Origin: a virus
Direction: 5' to 3' (one strand)
DNA length: 64,000 nucleotides
Virus record (IMG/VR): IMGVR_UViG_3300020371_000004
Span: 1 to 64,000 of that record
In this document: in pieces, positions 1 to 9,100 of the stretch
How the letters are laid out: the number at the start of each line of letters is the position of its first letter
How positions within the stretch are numbered: position 1 is the first letter of the stretch
Program-made: the position numbers and the translations under genes
Notes under the pieces: generated by a model
Databases searched by the model: none
Told to the model about the DNA's origin: nothing
What the model saw: only the letters and a program-made list of their open reading frames with translations

Positions 1-2
1 AT

Positions 3-116
3 TTAGAAATGGTTCTGGATTATCTTAACTCTCAAATTGATAATCCTTCAGAGGAACAAATTAACCACGCAATCGCAATTTATGAGGACTATGTTTACAA
101 TGAAGGACTAGTTTGA
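3..116 (+). CDS. 3' end of a hypothetical protein (runs in from the left edge)
   Basis: Open frame LEMVLDYLNSQIDNPSEEQINHAIAIYEDYVYNEGLV* ending TGA 114-116; no start visible in the window. Confidence 0.55.
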   Translation, partial: LEMVLDYLNSQIDNPSEEQINHAIAIYEDYVYNEGLV

Positions 117-146
117 TATAATATACTCATAGTTAATCACACCCGA

Positions 147-452
147 ATGACTAAACGAGTAAAGGATTTAATTAGTGAACTCGAACTATTAAATCCGAAT
201 GAATCAATCTTTTGTTTATACTATACAAAGGATGATGTAAAAAAGTTAGAATACTATTGCACTGATTGTTATCCTTATACTGATGAACTAGCAGAGCAGA
301 CGATTAGTAAACTAACTGAAGATGGTGATGTAAAGAATACAGTAGACAAGTTAGTTACTAATACAATGAGAGAAGATACTAGTTATCTCGTACAATCAGA
401 ATGTAAGTATGATAGTGATAACATGGTATTAAATGACTCTCCGAGTTACTAA
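147..452 (+). CDS. hypothetical protein, 101 aa, acidic
   Basis: ORF track; plausible composition; co-directional with the upstream partial ORF. Confidence 0.65.
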   Translation: MTKRVKDLISELELLNPNESIFCLYYTKDDVKKLEYYCTDCYPYTDELAEQTISKLTEDGDVKNTVDKLVTNTMREDTSYLVQSECKYDSDNMVLNDSPSY

Positions 453-462
453 AAAGTGCATC

Positions 463-553
463 TGTGGAAAAACTTGTGGAAAAACAATCATTAAATAAAT
501 GGTTAAAAAAACATAGTTGCGTGTTTTATGTTTTCCACAGAAGGTGTTGAAAA
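463..553. repeat. DnaA-box cluster 1
   Basis: TGTGGAAAA at 463-471 and 475-483, TTTTCCACA at 531-539, one-mismatch TGTTGAAAA at 545-553; TT(A/T)TNCACA is the DnaA box consensus. Confidence 0.7.
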
Positions 554-625
554 AGTATATAAATACCCTGTTTTATCTTCGTTATTATGTTCTAAACCCC
601 TCTGGTTATTGTTATCTAAGACCGC

Positions 626-654
626 AGTATATCATGAGTTGACAAAAAAGTCAA
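626..654 (-). promoter_or_regulatory. sigma70-type promoter firing leftwards
   Basis: Minus strand TTGACT (654-649), 17-nt spacer, TATACT (631-626) with an extended -10 TGn. Confidence 0.65.
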
Positions 655-674
655 GAAAATTTCTGAAACTTTTT

Positions 675-843
675 GAGTCTCACACATATTACTCGTCTTA
701 TATAAACCTCAGTAAGACTCTAACATTTTATGAGTCCTCTGAGTCTCACTGATTCGTCCATTCTTATGCGAAACTCACTGGTCTCACAGAACTTATGAGT
801 CTCAGACCACTCGAAAATTCGTCCACTGGACACAGTAGTCTCA
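675..843. repeat. iterated GAGTCTCA-like motif
   Basis: GAGTCTCA at 675, 741 and 797; variants TGGTCTCA at 779, TAGTCTCA at 836, TGAGTCCT at 731. Confidence 0.6.
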
Positions 844-935
844 TTGTTTTCGGTGTAGACTACTAGGGTGGTTTTGAGGGAGGGAAGAATTACACAGCAC
901 TATGTGATAATAATTACACAGTGAGTTCGTGTTAG

Positions 936-1001
936 TTTTCCACAGGCAAAGTATTAGTTATCCACAGACCCTGTGGAAAAGTATTATAAACCTGTGGAAA
1001 A
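936..1001. repeat. DnaA-box cluster 2
   Basis: TTTTCCACA 936-944, TTATCCACA 958-966, TGTGGAAAA 972-980 and 993-1001 (two forward then two reverse). Confidence 0.7.
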
Positions 1002-1103
1002 CTTTATACCTGGGGAGGGGGTTTATATTACTAATACACAGTGAGTTTCTGATTGTTTATATACAGCAGTACTACTCACAAACACTCCGAGGGTTTCTAA
1101 TAC

Positions 1104-1132
1104 TTTACAGATTGCCCTTCGTGTATTATAAT
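1104..1132 (+). promoter_or_regulatory. sigma70-type promoter firing rightwards
   Basis: TTTACA 1104-1109, 17-nt spacer, TATAAT 1127-1132. Confidence 0.55.
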
Positions 1133-1467
1133 AAAACAGTGTTGTTTAATTATAATTAAGTAGTACTGGTTAATTCTTATACCCACGGGGGGGTTTATAA
1201 TAACAATTACTTAGTGAGTTCGTGATTGTTATTATACAGCACTAAATGACAGTAACCCTACGGGGGGTTAGGTTTTTTATAAAAACCGATGGGTCCCCCT
1301 AACCTACAAAAGTATGCATCCACGAGACCTTTACCGTCTCACAAAAAAATTTTCCGAGGGGAAAAACGGGTCTCCGAGGTCCGTTCAAGAAAAAAAATTC
1401 CGAGGGGGGAAAAGGGGTTAAAAACCCCGTCAGTGCTATATAACGGAGAATAGAAATTTCTAAAAGA

Positions 1468-1611
1468 ATGACCGAAGAAGAGAAGGAGTTACTCATCGAG
1501 TGCATTCAATTCCGTTTACAGCACGACAAGTCATTAAATAGTAATGAAGTATTACGTGAAGACTTGGAAGAATTGCTCTTTAAAGTAGAGGATATTGATG
1601 ACTACGTATGA
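1468..1611 (+). CDS. small hypothetical protein, 47 aa (below ORF-track cutoff)
   Basis: MTEEEKELLIECIQFRLQHDKSLNSNEVLREDLEELLFKVEDIDDYV*; helical, acidic, phage-like. Confidence 0.6.
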   Translation: MTEEEKELLIECIQFRLQHDKSLNSNEVLREDLEELLFKVEDIDDYV

Positions 1612-1756
1612 CATAAAAGTCAAAGGATTAACAGTAATGGAGAGAGTTACTCCAGAACAACTGACACAGAGCATGAAAGATGCTCAAATGATTGTGTGGT
1701 TGAGAGGGGGTAAAATAGAGGACGTTGAGTATGTAATAAATACAAAGTCTTCTTGA
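1598..1756 (+). CDS. small hypothetical protein, 52 aa (below ORF-track cutoff)
   Basis: MTTYDIKVKGLTVMERVTPEQLTQSMKDAQMIVWLRGGKIEDVEYVINTKSS*; GAGG upstream; overlaps the previous stop region. Confidence 0.6.
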   Translation: MTTYDIKVKGLTVMERVTPEQLTQSMKDAQMIVWLRGGKIEDVEYVINTKSS

Positions 1757-1786
1757 GACGAAAAAAAAACCCCGTCCGCAACGTAG

Positions 1787-1815
1787 TTGCATTTGATGTG
1801 AAGGGGTGATATAAT
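1787..1815 (+). promoter_or_regulatory. sigma70-type (early) promoter
   Basis: TTGCAT 1787-1792, 17-nt spacer, TATAAT 1810-1815 with extended TGn; 24 nt upstream of ATG 1840. Confidence 0.7.
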
Positions 1816-1839
1816 TACAGAGTTGGAATTTACATTTTT

Positions 1840-2592
1840 ATGGCCAAAGGATTTACAGTAAAAGCAAAGGCACCGACAGTTAATAAGAACGTTGACGACT
1901 TCGACCTTGCAGCAGCAAAGGAGATGATTAAAGGTAAGGCAGTTGTATTCTGTCTACCTGGACGAGGATGTTCATATACCTTTTTGAAGAGTTTTGTACA
2001 GTTGTGTTTTGACCTTGTACAAGCAGGTGCGAGTATTCAGATTAGTCAAGACTATAGTTCCATGGTGAACTTTGCACGATGCAAGTGTCTTGGTGCTAAT
2101 GTATTGCGTGGACCGAATCAGAAACCTTGGGATGGTAAACTGCAATATGATTATCAGTTGTGGATTGACAATGATATTGTCTTCGACACCGAGAAGTTCT
2201 ATCGTCTGGTAGCAATGGATAAGGACATTGCAGCAGGTTGGTACATGACTGAAGATGGTCGTACTACGAGTGTTGCTCACTGGTTGGAAGAGGATGACTT
2301 CCGTACCAATGGTGGAGTGATGAATCACGAAACTGCTGAGACCATGCCGAAGCGTAAGAAACCATTTACAGTTGACTACACTGGTTTCGGATGGGTTCTG
2401 ATTAAGAATGGAGTCTTCGAGAGTCTTGAGTACCCCTGGTTTGCTCCGAAGATGCAGCAATTTGAATCGGGAGAAGTTCAGGATATGTGTGGAGAGGATG
2501 TCTCCTTCTGTCTGGATGCCAAGGAAGCAGGATTTGAAATCTGGTGCGACCCTCGTATTCGTGTTGGTCATGAGAAGACCCGAGTTATCTGA
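1840..2592 (+). CDS. GT-A fold glycosyltransferase-like protein of the type conserved in T4-like cyanophages
   Basis: DxD motif (WIDNDIVF), VDYTGFGWVLIK, GEDVSFC and RVGHEK are typical GT2/GT-A segments; MAKGFTVKA N-terminus. Confidence 0.75.
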   Translation: MAKGFTVKAKAPTVNKNVDDFDLAAAKEMIKGKAVVFCLPGRGCSYTFLKSFVQLCFDLVQAGASIQISQDYSSMVNFARCKCLGANVLRGPNQKPWDGKLQYDYQLWIDNDIVFDTEKFYRLVAMDKDIAAGWYMTEDGRTTSVAHWLEEDDFRTNGGVMNHETAETMPKRKKPFTVDYTGFGWVLIKNGVFESLEYPWFAPKMQQFESGEVQDMCGEDVSFCLDAKEAGFEIWCDPRIRVGHEKTRVI

Positions 2593-2598
2593 GTCATT

Positions 2599-2621
2599 GA
2601 CCCCTACGGGGGTCTTTTTTT
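2599..2621 (+). terminator. intrinsic terminator
   Basis: GACCCC-TACG-GGGGTC stem-loop followed by T7. Confidence 0.85.
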
Positions 2622-2625
2622 ATGG

Positions 2626-2654
2626 TTGACGGAGGGTCTTGGAGGTGTTATAGT
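2626..2654 (+). promoter_or_regulatory. sigma70-type (early) promoter
   Basis: TTGACG 2626-2631, 17-nt spacer, TATAGT 2649-2654 with extended TGn, immediately after the terminator. Confidence 0.7.
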
Positions 2655-2722
2655 ATATTCAAGCCACTGATGAGTGGTGAAAAAAACCGTAAAAAAACAA
2701 CCGTTTAGGAGACACCAAGATT

Positions 2723-2863
2723 ATGGCAGCACGTCGTGGAAGTGGAAACACCAAACTTGACCCAGTTCCCAAAAAGACTCGTCAGGGGTCTGGCCAACAT
2801 ACTAAATATGCAGCAAGTAGCCGTAATGCTGCTAAGAAACGTTACCGTGGACAAGGTAGGTAA
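2723..2863 (+). CDS. small basic protein, 46 aa (missed by ORF track)
   Basis: MAARRGSGNTKLDPVPKKTRQGSGQHTKYAASSRNAAKKRYRGQGR*; AGGAGA upstream; stop lies 2 nt before the next ATG. Confidence 0.8.
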   Translation: MAARRGSGNTKLDPVPKKTRQGSGQHTKYAASSRNAAKKRYRGQGR

Positions 2864-2865
2864 GT

Positions 2866-3477
2866 ATGTATTATCTGGATGGGAATGTAGAGTATCACGA
2901 TATCCATCCAAAAGACTTGTGGGTCTACAATAAATTACAATTATGTCGGGTTTTGGGGTATAAGTGCGGACCAGTTGGGTCCGATGTCCCAGAACCCAAT
3001 TTTTATATTGTAAAACCAGCAATCAATTTCATGGGAATGTGCCGTCATGCCCGTGTTGTGTGGTTAGATGGGTCAACAGACCACTTCCATCCTGGTGAAT
3101 TCTGGTGTGAGGTCTTTGAAGGAGAGCATTTGAGTGTTGATTATCAGAATGGTGAGTGTAAACTAACAGTCAAAGGGTATCGTAGTCCCGAAAAACCCCT
3201 TTACAAGTGGGACAAATGGGAAAAAATCGACAAAAAGGTAGAATTACCCGAAATTTTGCAAGATTTGGAGGGAAAATACGAATGGATCAACTGTGAATTC
3301 ATTGATGGACACCTAATTGAAGCACATATGCGTCCAAATCCCGATTTTAGGCATGGAAATGTGATTGCAATTCCAAATTGGGGTGATATTAGTCAGTATA
3401 GGGAGTGTGAACTCAAGAAAAATTACAAATATGTCGATGATCCTGACTATAAACGCAAAGGATTCTGGATAGATTAA
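2866..3477 (+). CDS. ATP-grasp-like hypothetical protein
   Basis: YIVKPAINFMGM, WCEVFEGEHLSVDY and NCEFIDGHLIEAHMR resemble the ATP-grasp VKP / E-F-x-G-x-E / IEIN-R segments. Confidence 0.55.
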   Translation: MYYLDGNVEYHDIHPKDLWVYNKLQLCRVLGYKCGPVGSDVPEPNFYIVKPAINFMGMCRHARVVWLDGSTDHFHPGEFWCEVFEGEHLSVDYQNGECKLTVKGYRSPEKPLYKWDKWEKIDKKVELPEILQDLEGKYEWINCEFIDGHLIEAHMRPNPDFRHGNVIAIPNWGDISQYRECELKKNYKYVDDPDYKRKGFWID

Positions 3478-3480
3478 ATA
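3475..3480 (+). promoter_or_regulatory. T4-type late promoter core
   Basis: TAAATA overlapping the stop codon, upstream of ORF 3521. Confidence 0.5.
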
Positions 3481-3520
3481 ATACGGAGATAGAACCTCCC
3501 AAAAAGTTCTGTTTAACCGA

Positions 3521-3772
3521 ATGGAGAAACAGATGGCTAAGTATCACGTAGACAGAGACCCTGAATACATGTATAGAATGTGGGGAACAACCTCTTTGAT
3601 TACTGATTACTGGACAAAACCACATAAAACGAACGATGCATCAGAACTTTCTAGTGAAGAACTCAATGCACGACTGAAAAAACAGAATGAATTGCATGAA
3701 AAAATTCGTAATGATGCGGATTATGACGATTGGGAGTATGGAACTGAACCAGTTTACGGAAAAAAGGGTTAA
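3521..3772 (+). CDS. hypothetical protein, 83 aa (start may be Met at 3533)
   Basis: ORF track; fills the gap before gp25. Confidence 0.7.
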   Translation: MEKQMAKYHVDRDPEYMYRMWGTTSLITDYWTKPHKTNDASELSSEELNARLKKQNELHEKIRNDADYDDWEYGTEPVYGKKG

Positions 3773-3775
3773 ATA
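3770..3775 (+). promoter_or_regulatory. T4-type late promoter core
   Basis: TAAATA 38 nt upstream of the gp25 start. Confidence 0.5.
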
Positions 3776-3812
3776 ACTATTATAGATAGTATATAATACT
3801 CTTGTTTTATAG

Positions 3813-4214
3813 ATGGCACGAAAGGTCTCTAGGGCATTTAAGGATATTAGTTTATCTTTTATAAAACACCCCGTTACAAATGATATTTTGGCAATCAAAA
3901 ACGAGGATGCCATCAAGAGATCTGTCGTAAATCTGGTACGGACTCAAATTGGTGAGAGATTTTTTGAACCTCTCATTGGAACTTCATTGGAAGGTTCATT
4001 ATTTGAATTATCTACCCCAGAAATTAGCATTTCATTGGAGAGTGAGATAAGAGTTCTACTCGATAACTTTGAACCACGTATCAATATTAGAGATATTCGA
4101 GTAGAACCATCATCAGATGACTATGAATTGAACGTAACTTTAACTTATGACATCGTTGGTCTTGCAATACCTAGACAAAACATCGAGTTTCTTTTACAAC
4201 CAGCTAGGATATAA
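3813..4214 (+). CDS. gp25: baseplate wedge subunit gp25
   Basis: FKDISLSF..HPVTNDI, AIKRSVVNLVRTQIGERFFEPLIG, FEPRI: gp25/GPW family; directly precedes gp6. Confidence 0.92.
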   Translation: MARKVSRAFKDISLSFIKHPVTNDILAIKNEDAIKRSVVNLVRTQIGERFFEPLIGTSLEGSLFELSTPEISISLESEIRVLLDNFEPRINIRDIRVEPSSDDYELNVTLTYDIVGLAIPRQNIEFLLQPARI

Positions 4215-6103
4215 TGTCGTTCAATCAATTTACAAACTTAGACTTTGATGATTTAAAGTCACAAATTAAAGACTACCTAAGAACAAACAGTAATTTTACT
4301 GATTTTGACTTTGAGGGGTCTAATTTTTCAGTATTGATTGATATTTTAGCATATAACTCATACATTACTGCGTTCAATACGAACATGTCAGTAAATGAGT
4401 CCTTTTTGGATAGTGCTACATTACGAGAAAATGTAGTATCACTTGCTAGAAATATTGGATATGTTCCTCGTTCAAAGAGAGCAGCAAAAGCAAAAGTCAG
4501 TTTTACTGTTGACACTGCTGGATTTTTAGATGTAAGGTCTGTAACGTTAAAAGCAGGTGTGGTTGCACTTGGTGCAATGGCATCGGGTAGTTATATATTC
4601 TCAGTACCAGAAGATATCACTGTTCCTGTTGATGTTAATGGAGTAGGAACTTTTAGTAATATTGATATTTTAGAGGGAACATATCTCACTAAAAACTTCA
4701 CCATGGATGACTCTCAACCAAACCAGAGATTTGTCATTCCTAACTCAGATGTAGATTCAACATCAATTCGTACATTTATCAGTGATTTAACGAACGAAGA
4801 ATATACTCTGTATTCAAATATTTTAAATATTGACAACACATCAAAGATTTTCCTCATCCAAGAGGTTGAGGATGAGAAGTATGAACTTGTATTTGGTGAT
4901 AATGTCTTTGGTAAGAAACCAAATACTGGAAGTTCTATCTTTGTAAGTTACATTATCACCAATGGTAAGGATGGAAACGGTGTTTCTAACTTTACATTCT
5001 CTGGAATTATAGAAGATAACAACCAAAACAGAATCACCACGGGTATCTCTAGAATTTCAACCATTCAATCATCAGAAAATGGTGATGATATTGAAAAAAT
5101 TGATAGTATTAAGTACCTCGCACCTAGGGTTTATTCGTCCCAGTACAGGGCAGTAACAGCAAATGACTATAAGGGTCTAATACCTACTATCTTCCCCAAT
5201 GTAGAGGCAGTGAGTGCCTATGGTGGAGACGAATTAGACCCACCAGAGTATGGAAAAGTGTTCATCTCCATCAAACCAAGGCAAGGTAAGTTCCTTTCTA
5301 AGGTTACCAAGGAACAAATCAAAAAGGACTTGAAGCAATATACAATTGCAGGTATTAAACCTGAGATTGTTGACCTCAAATACCTGTTTGTTGAACTCAA
5401 TACCAGTGTTTACTACAATAGAAGTGCTATTGCAGACGTAACAGCACTGAGAAATCAGGTAATTAGTACTTTGGACTCATATGGAAAGTCATATGACCTG
5501 AATAACTTTGGTGGAAGATTCAAATATAGTAAAGTGGTTGCATTGATTGATGATATTAACCCAGCAATCACGTCAAACATTACTACATTGAAGATAAGAC
5601 GTGATTTACAACCAGTTTTTGGTTCTTTTGCTACTTATGAGATTTGTTTTGGTAATGCTTTCCACATTAAGAAGAAAAATGACGCAGATGACCGTGGATA
5701 CAACATCAAATCCAGTGGATTTAGAATTGAAGGAGTTGATGGTGTAGTTTATATGAGTGATGTTCCTACTGATTCTGAAAAAGGTTCTATTTTCTTCTTC
5801 ACTTTAGTTGATAACGTACCATTTATTATTAAAAATAATGCAGGTGTTATCTACTACAAAAAAGGTGAGATTTTATTAGACACTGTTTCTATTGTAGCAA
5901 CAGAAAGTCCTAATGGTGTTGAAATTGAGGCAATACCAGAGTCAAATGATGTCATCGCATTGAAGGATATATACTTAGACCTAAGTATGGAGAAATTAGT
6001 CGTCAACATGGTTGAAGATAAGATTTCTTCTGGAGAGAATACTTCCGCAACAGAGTATATCGTAACATCAAGCTACGCAAACGGATCAGTATATACAAGA
6101 TAA
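4214..6103 (+). CDS. gp6: baseplate wedge subunit gp6
   Basis: LDFDDLKSQIKDYL, FTDFDFEGSNFSVLIDILAYN, ESFLDSATLRENVVSLARNIGYVP, QYRAVTANDY. Confidence 0.95.
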   Translation: MSFNQFTNLDFDDLKSQIKDYLRTNSNFTDFDFEGSNFSVLIDILAYNSYITAFNTNMSVNESFLDSATLRENVVSLARNIGYVPRSKRAAKAKVSFTVDTAGFLDVRSVTLKAGVVALGAMASGSYIFSVPEDITVPVDVNGVGTFSNIDILEGTYLTKNFTMDDSQPNQRFVIPNSDVDSTSIRTFISDLTNEEYTLYSNILNIDNTSKIFLIQEVEDEKYELVFGDNVFGKKPNTGSSIFVSYIITNGKDGNGVSNFTFSGIIEDNNQNRITTGISRISTIQSSENGDDIEKIDSIKYLAPRVYSSQYRAVTANDYKGLIPTIFPNVEAVSAYGGDELDPPEYGKVFISIKPRQGKFLSKVTKEQIKKDLKQYTIAGIKPEIVDLKYLFVELNTSVYYNRSAIADVTALRNQVISTLDSYGKSYDLNNFGGRFKYSKVVALIDDINPAITSNITTLKIRRDLQPVFGSFATYEICFGNAFHIKKKNDADDRGYNIKSSGFRIEGVDGVVYMSDVPTDSEKGSIFFFTLVDNVPFIIKNNAGVIYYKKGEILLDTVSIVATESPNGVEIEAIPESNDVIALKDIYLDLSMEKLVVNMVEDKISSGENTSATEYIVTSSYANGSVYTR

Positions 6104-6104
6104 A

Positions 6105-9100
6105 ATGTCAGATAACAGAGTAACTATTCAGCACATCATTGAAACTCAGATTCCTGAGTTTTTGAATGAGGACTCTCCCCTTTTCAGGGAGTTTCTTGAT
6201 GCGTATTATGTTTCTCAGGAGCATAAGACAGGAACAATAGATCTTGCTGCTCGTTTGCCCGAGTTGAAAGACCTTAAGGCATATAACAATGAGTTGTTTG
6301 CATCTGCCCTTGTCCCATCTTTGCTAGCAGCAGAAGTAACTGCATTTGATACTGACATATCAGTAAGTCATACTATCGGATTTCCCGACAAAGATGGTTT
6401 GATTAGAATTGATAATGAAATCATATATTATAAGTCTAAATCGGCAAACGGTTTTAGTGGTTGCTCTAGAGCATTTAGTGGAATCACGAATATTTTAGAA
6501 AATGCTGTTTCAAATTATAGTGAGACTGACCTTGCTCCACATTCCGCAGGTAGTCAGGTTACAAACCTTTCATTAATCTTTTATGCGGAATTATTTGAGA
6601 AGTTTAAATCACAATTTTTACCTGGATTTGAGGAAAGACAATTTGTACCCCAGGTAGAGATTTCAAACGTGCTTGCAAGAGCAGTTGATTTCTATACTAC
6701 CAAAGGAACAGACACATCATACAAATTATTATTCAGAGCACTTTATGGTGAGAACGTAGAAGTAATAAAACCACAAGAATTTCTTCTCAGACCTTCTGAT
6801 GATAGTTTCTTCAGAACAAAGAATATTCTTGTAGAAAAAATTAGTGGTTCCGACCCACTTGAATTAAATGGAAAAACTCTTTACCAAGAAGTTGGTAATG
6901 TAGAACCAGCAACTGCTGCTATTTTTGTTGTTGAATATAGACCTGTCGATAATAAAGATTTATATGAAATTTCTTTAGACAGCTCTTCTTTCATCTATAA
7001 CTTTAAGACTACTAAGAAAACAAATATCTCGAAACCAGTTTCAGTTAATTCAACAACTATTAATGTTGATTCTACGATTGGATTTCCAAATACTGGAACT
7101 CTTACAGTAACTGATGGAAATTCTTTCTTTAATGTAAGTTATACGGAGAGAACAAATAATCAATTTTTAGGTTGTTCTGGAATTGTTAGTGAAATTCCAT
7201 TTGGGTCAGAAGTTCTTGAAGCAAACTTTGCATATGTGTATGATGATAATGGTGACAAAGTTGAATTTAGACTCATTAATGTTATAGGTAACATTAATTA
7301 TGAAAAAACTTCAAACTTACTGAAGGGTGATAAAATTTCATTATCATCATTTGGTGCTGAATTAAGTGATAAACCTGAATTTAATACTTGGATTTATAAC
7401 AATGTAACTAACCATAAAATCAAATCTATATCCCTTGCAAATGCCTCATCTGGTAATAGATATAGAATTGAATTTTTTGATAATATTAATTTCTTCCTTG
7501 ACCAGGAAGTCATCCTAAAACAAATAGAAATAGCTACAGATTCAGGTATTCCTGGAGTAGTACAAAATCTCATTTCTGATAGGATTGTGGAGGTCGAATG
7601 TTCTACAAGTCCTCTTGATAAAGACACTCTAACTACTTCTTTGATGTTGGGTAAGAGTGATCAGAACGCAACACCTTCAGTTTCTACCATCCCAATTGCA
7701 ATTCAGAATACTTACATTGATGAAAGAAATGAAAACTTCTATGTCGCAGCATCTGGCCTTCCTAACTATACCCTGTTCACAAAAGAACAGGTCATCACTA
7801 CTTCTACTCAAGTTAGTGTTGGTAACACCGATGTTTTAGATACTGACAGAGTACACAAGTTTTATACTGGTGAAAAAATATATTATACACCAAATACAAA
7901 TTCTGGTATTGATACTGGAATCTATCATGTCACTACAGTCGGTGATGTTAAAGATAGTAAGAAGGTAAAACTATCTTTAAGTAAGAGTGATTTATATTCT
8001 AAAAAATATATTACTTTTAGAGATATCTCTGGTGATAGTTTTGTAAAATTAGATTATGAAAATAGAGTTGTTGAAAATCAAAAACTATTCAAGAAATTTA
8101 ATTTTGTAAAAGGTGACCCGTCATTAAGAGAGGTTGCTACCAGAACTACTAATAATAGACAGATTGGTCTATTGGTTAATGGTATTGAAGTTTACTCACC
8201 ATCACTATTCGATGAAAACATTTATTATGGAAAACTAGAATCAATTCTTGTTACTAATCCTGGTTCTGGATATGACGTAATTAATCCACCAGAACTTGAG
8301 ATTAAAGATACTCAAGGAACAGGTGCGAAGGCTTATCTCAATATTAGTGGTGGTCTTTCTGACATTAGGATTGTTACTCCTGGAATTGGATATCAAACAA
8401 AACCAAAGATTACTCTCGTTGGTGGTAATGGTAAGGGTGCTGTTATTGAACCAAATTTAGTCAAGTCTCAAATTGTTGCTGGATTCCAAGGAGATGGAAC
8501 TGGTGTTAATCCTACTACAGATATAATCTCATTCATCAATAAGCATAATTTTGATAATGGTGAGCAAGTTTCATATATCACCAACGGTAATGCTGAACTA
8601 AGACCATTTAAAGAAGACTCTGTTTACTTTGTCGGAGTTGAAAGTCCAACTGAAATCAAATTATATGATAAAGAGTCTGATGCTCTACAAAAAGTCAATC
8701 CAGTAAACATTGTTGGTATTAGTTCTGGTTTCCATTCATTTAAGACACTAGAAGCAAAGAATACCATAACTCAACTTTATGTTCTTAATAGTGGATCTGG
8801 GTACTCAAACAAAATTGTAAAGATTCCATCATTAATTGCTTTTGATGGAACTAACAATGGTGTAAACACTTGGGACCATTATATCCATGCGACAGACCAT
8901 AAATTTAAAGATAAAGATATTGTAAGATACAGCACTACTGGTGATGTAATATCTGGACTATCTACATCTAATGAGTATGTTATCACTGTAGTCAGTAAAG
9001 ATACATTTAAGTTATCTGATATTGGTGGTACAGATGAATTCTTTGATGTTAATCACCGTGAAAAGAGATATATCAATATTAATGGTATTGGAACTGGTGT

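Larger units (their letters stand above)
920..1241. repeat. imperfect direct repeat AGTGAGTT(C/T)(G/C)TG(ATTGTT...TATACAGCA)
   Basis: Copies begin at about 920, 1040 and 1214; the last two extend through ATTGTT...TATACAGCA. Confidence 0.6.

Noticed and set aside
675-1241. Possible CRISPR or mini-array
   Set aside because: Repeats are short or degenerate and irregularly spaced, with no constant repeat-spacer period and no cas genes
528-1505. ORF-track ORFs 528-752, 929-1159 and 1299-1505 (minus)
   Set aside because: They run through DnaA boxes and repeat or homopolymer tracts, have atypical composition and no RBS; more likely chance ORFs in a regulatory region
1972-3022. ORFs 1972-2571 (minus), 2408-2629, 2705-3022 (minus) and 2736-2933
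   Set aside because: Shadow frames of the glycosyltransferase, the 46-aa basic peptide and the ATP-grasp-like gene, which have better signals
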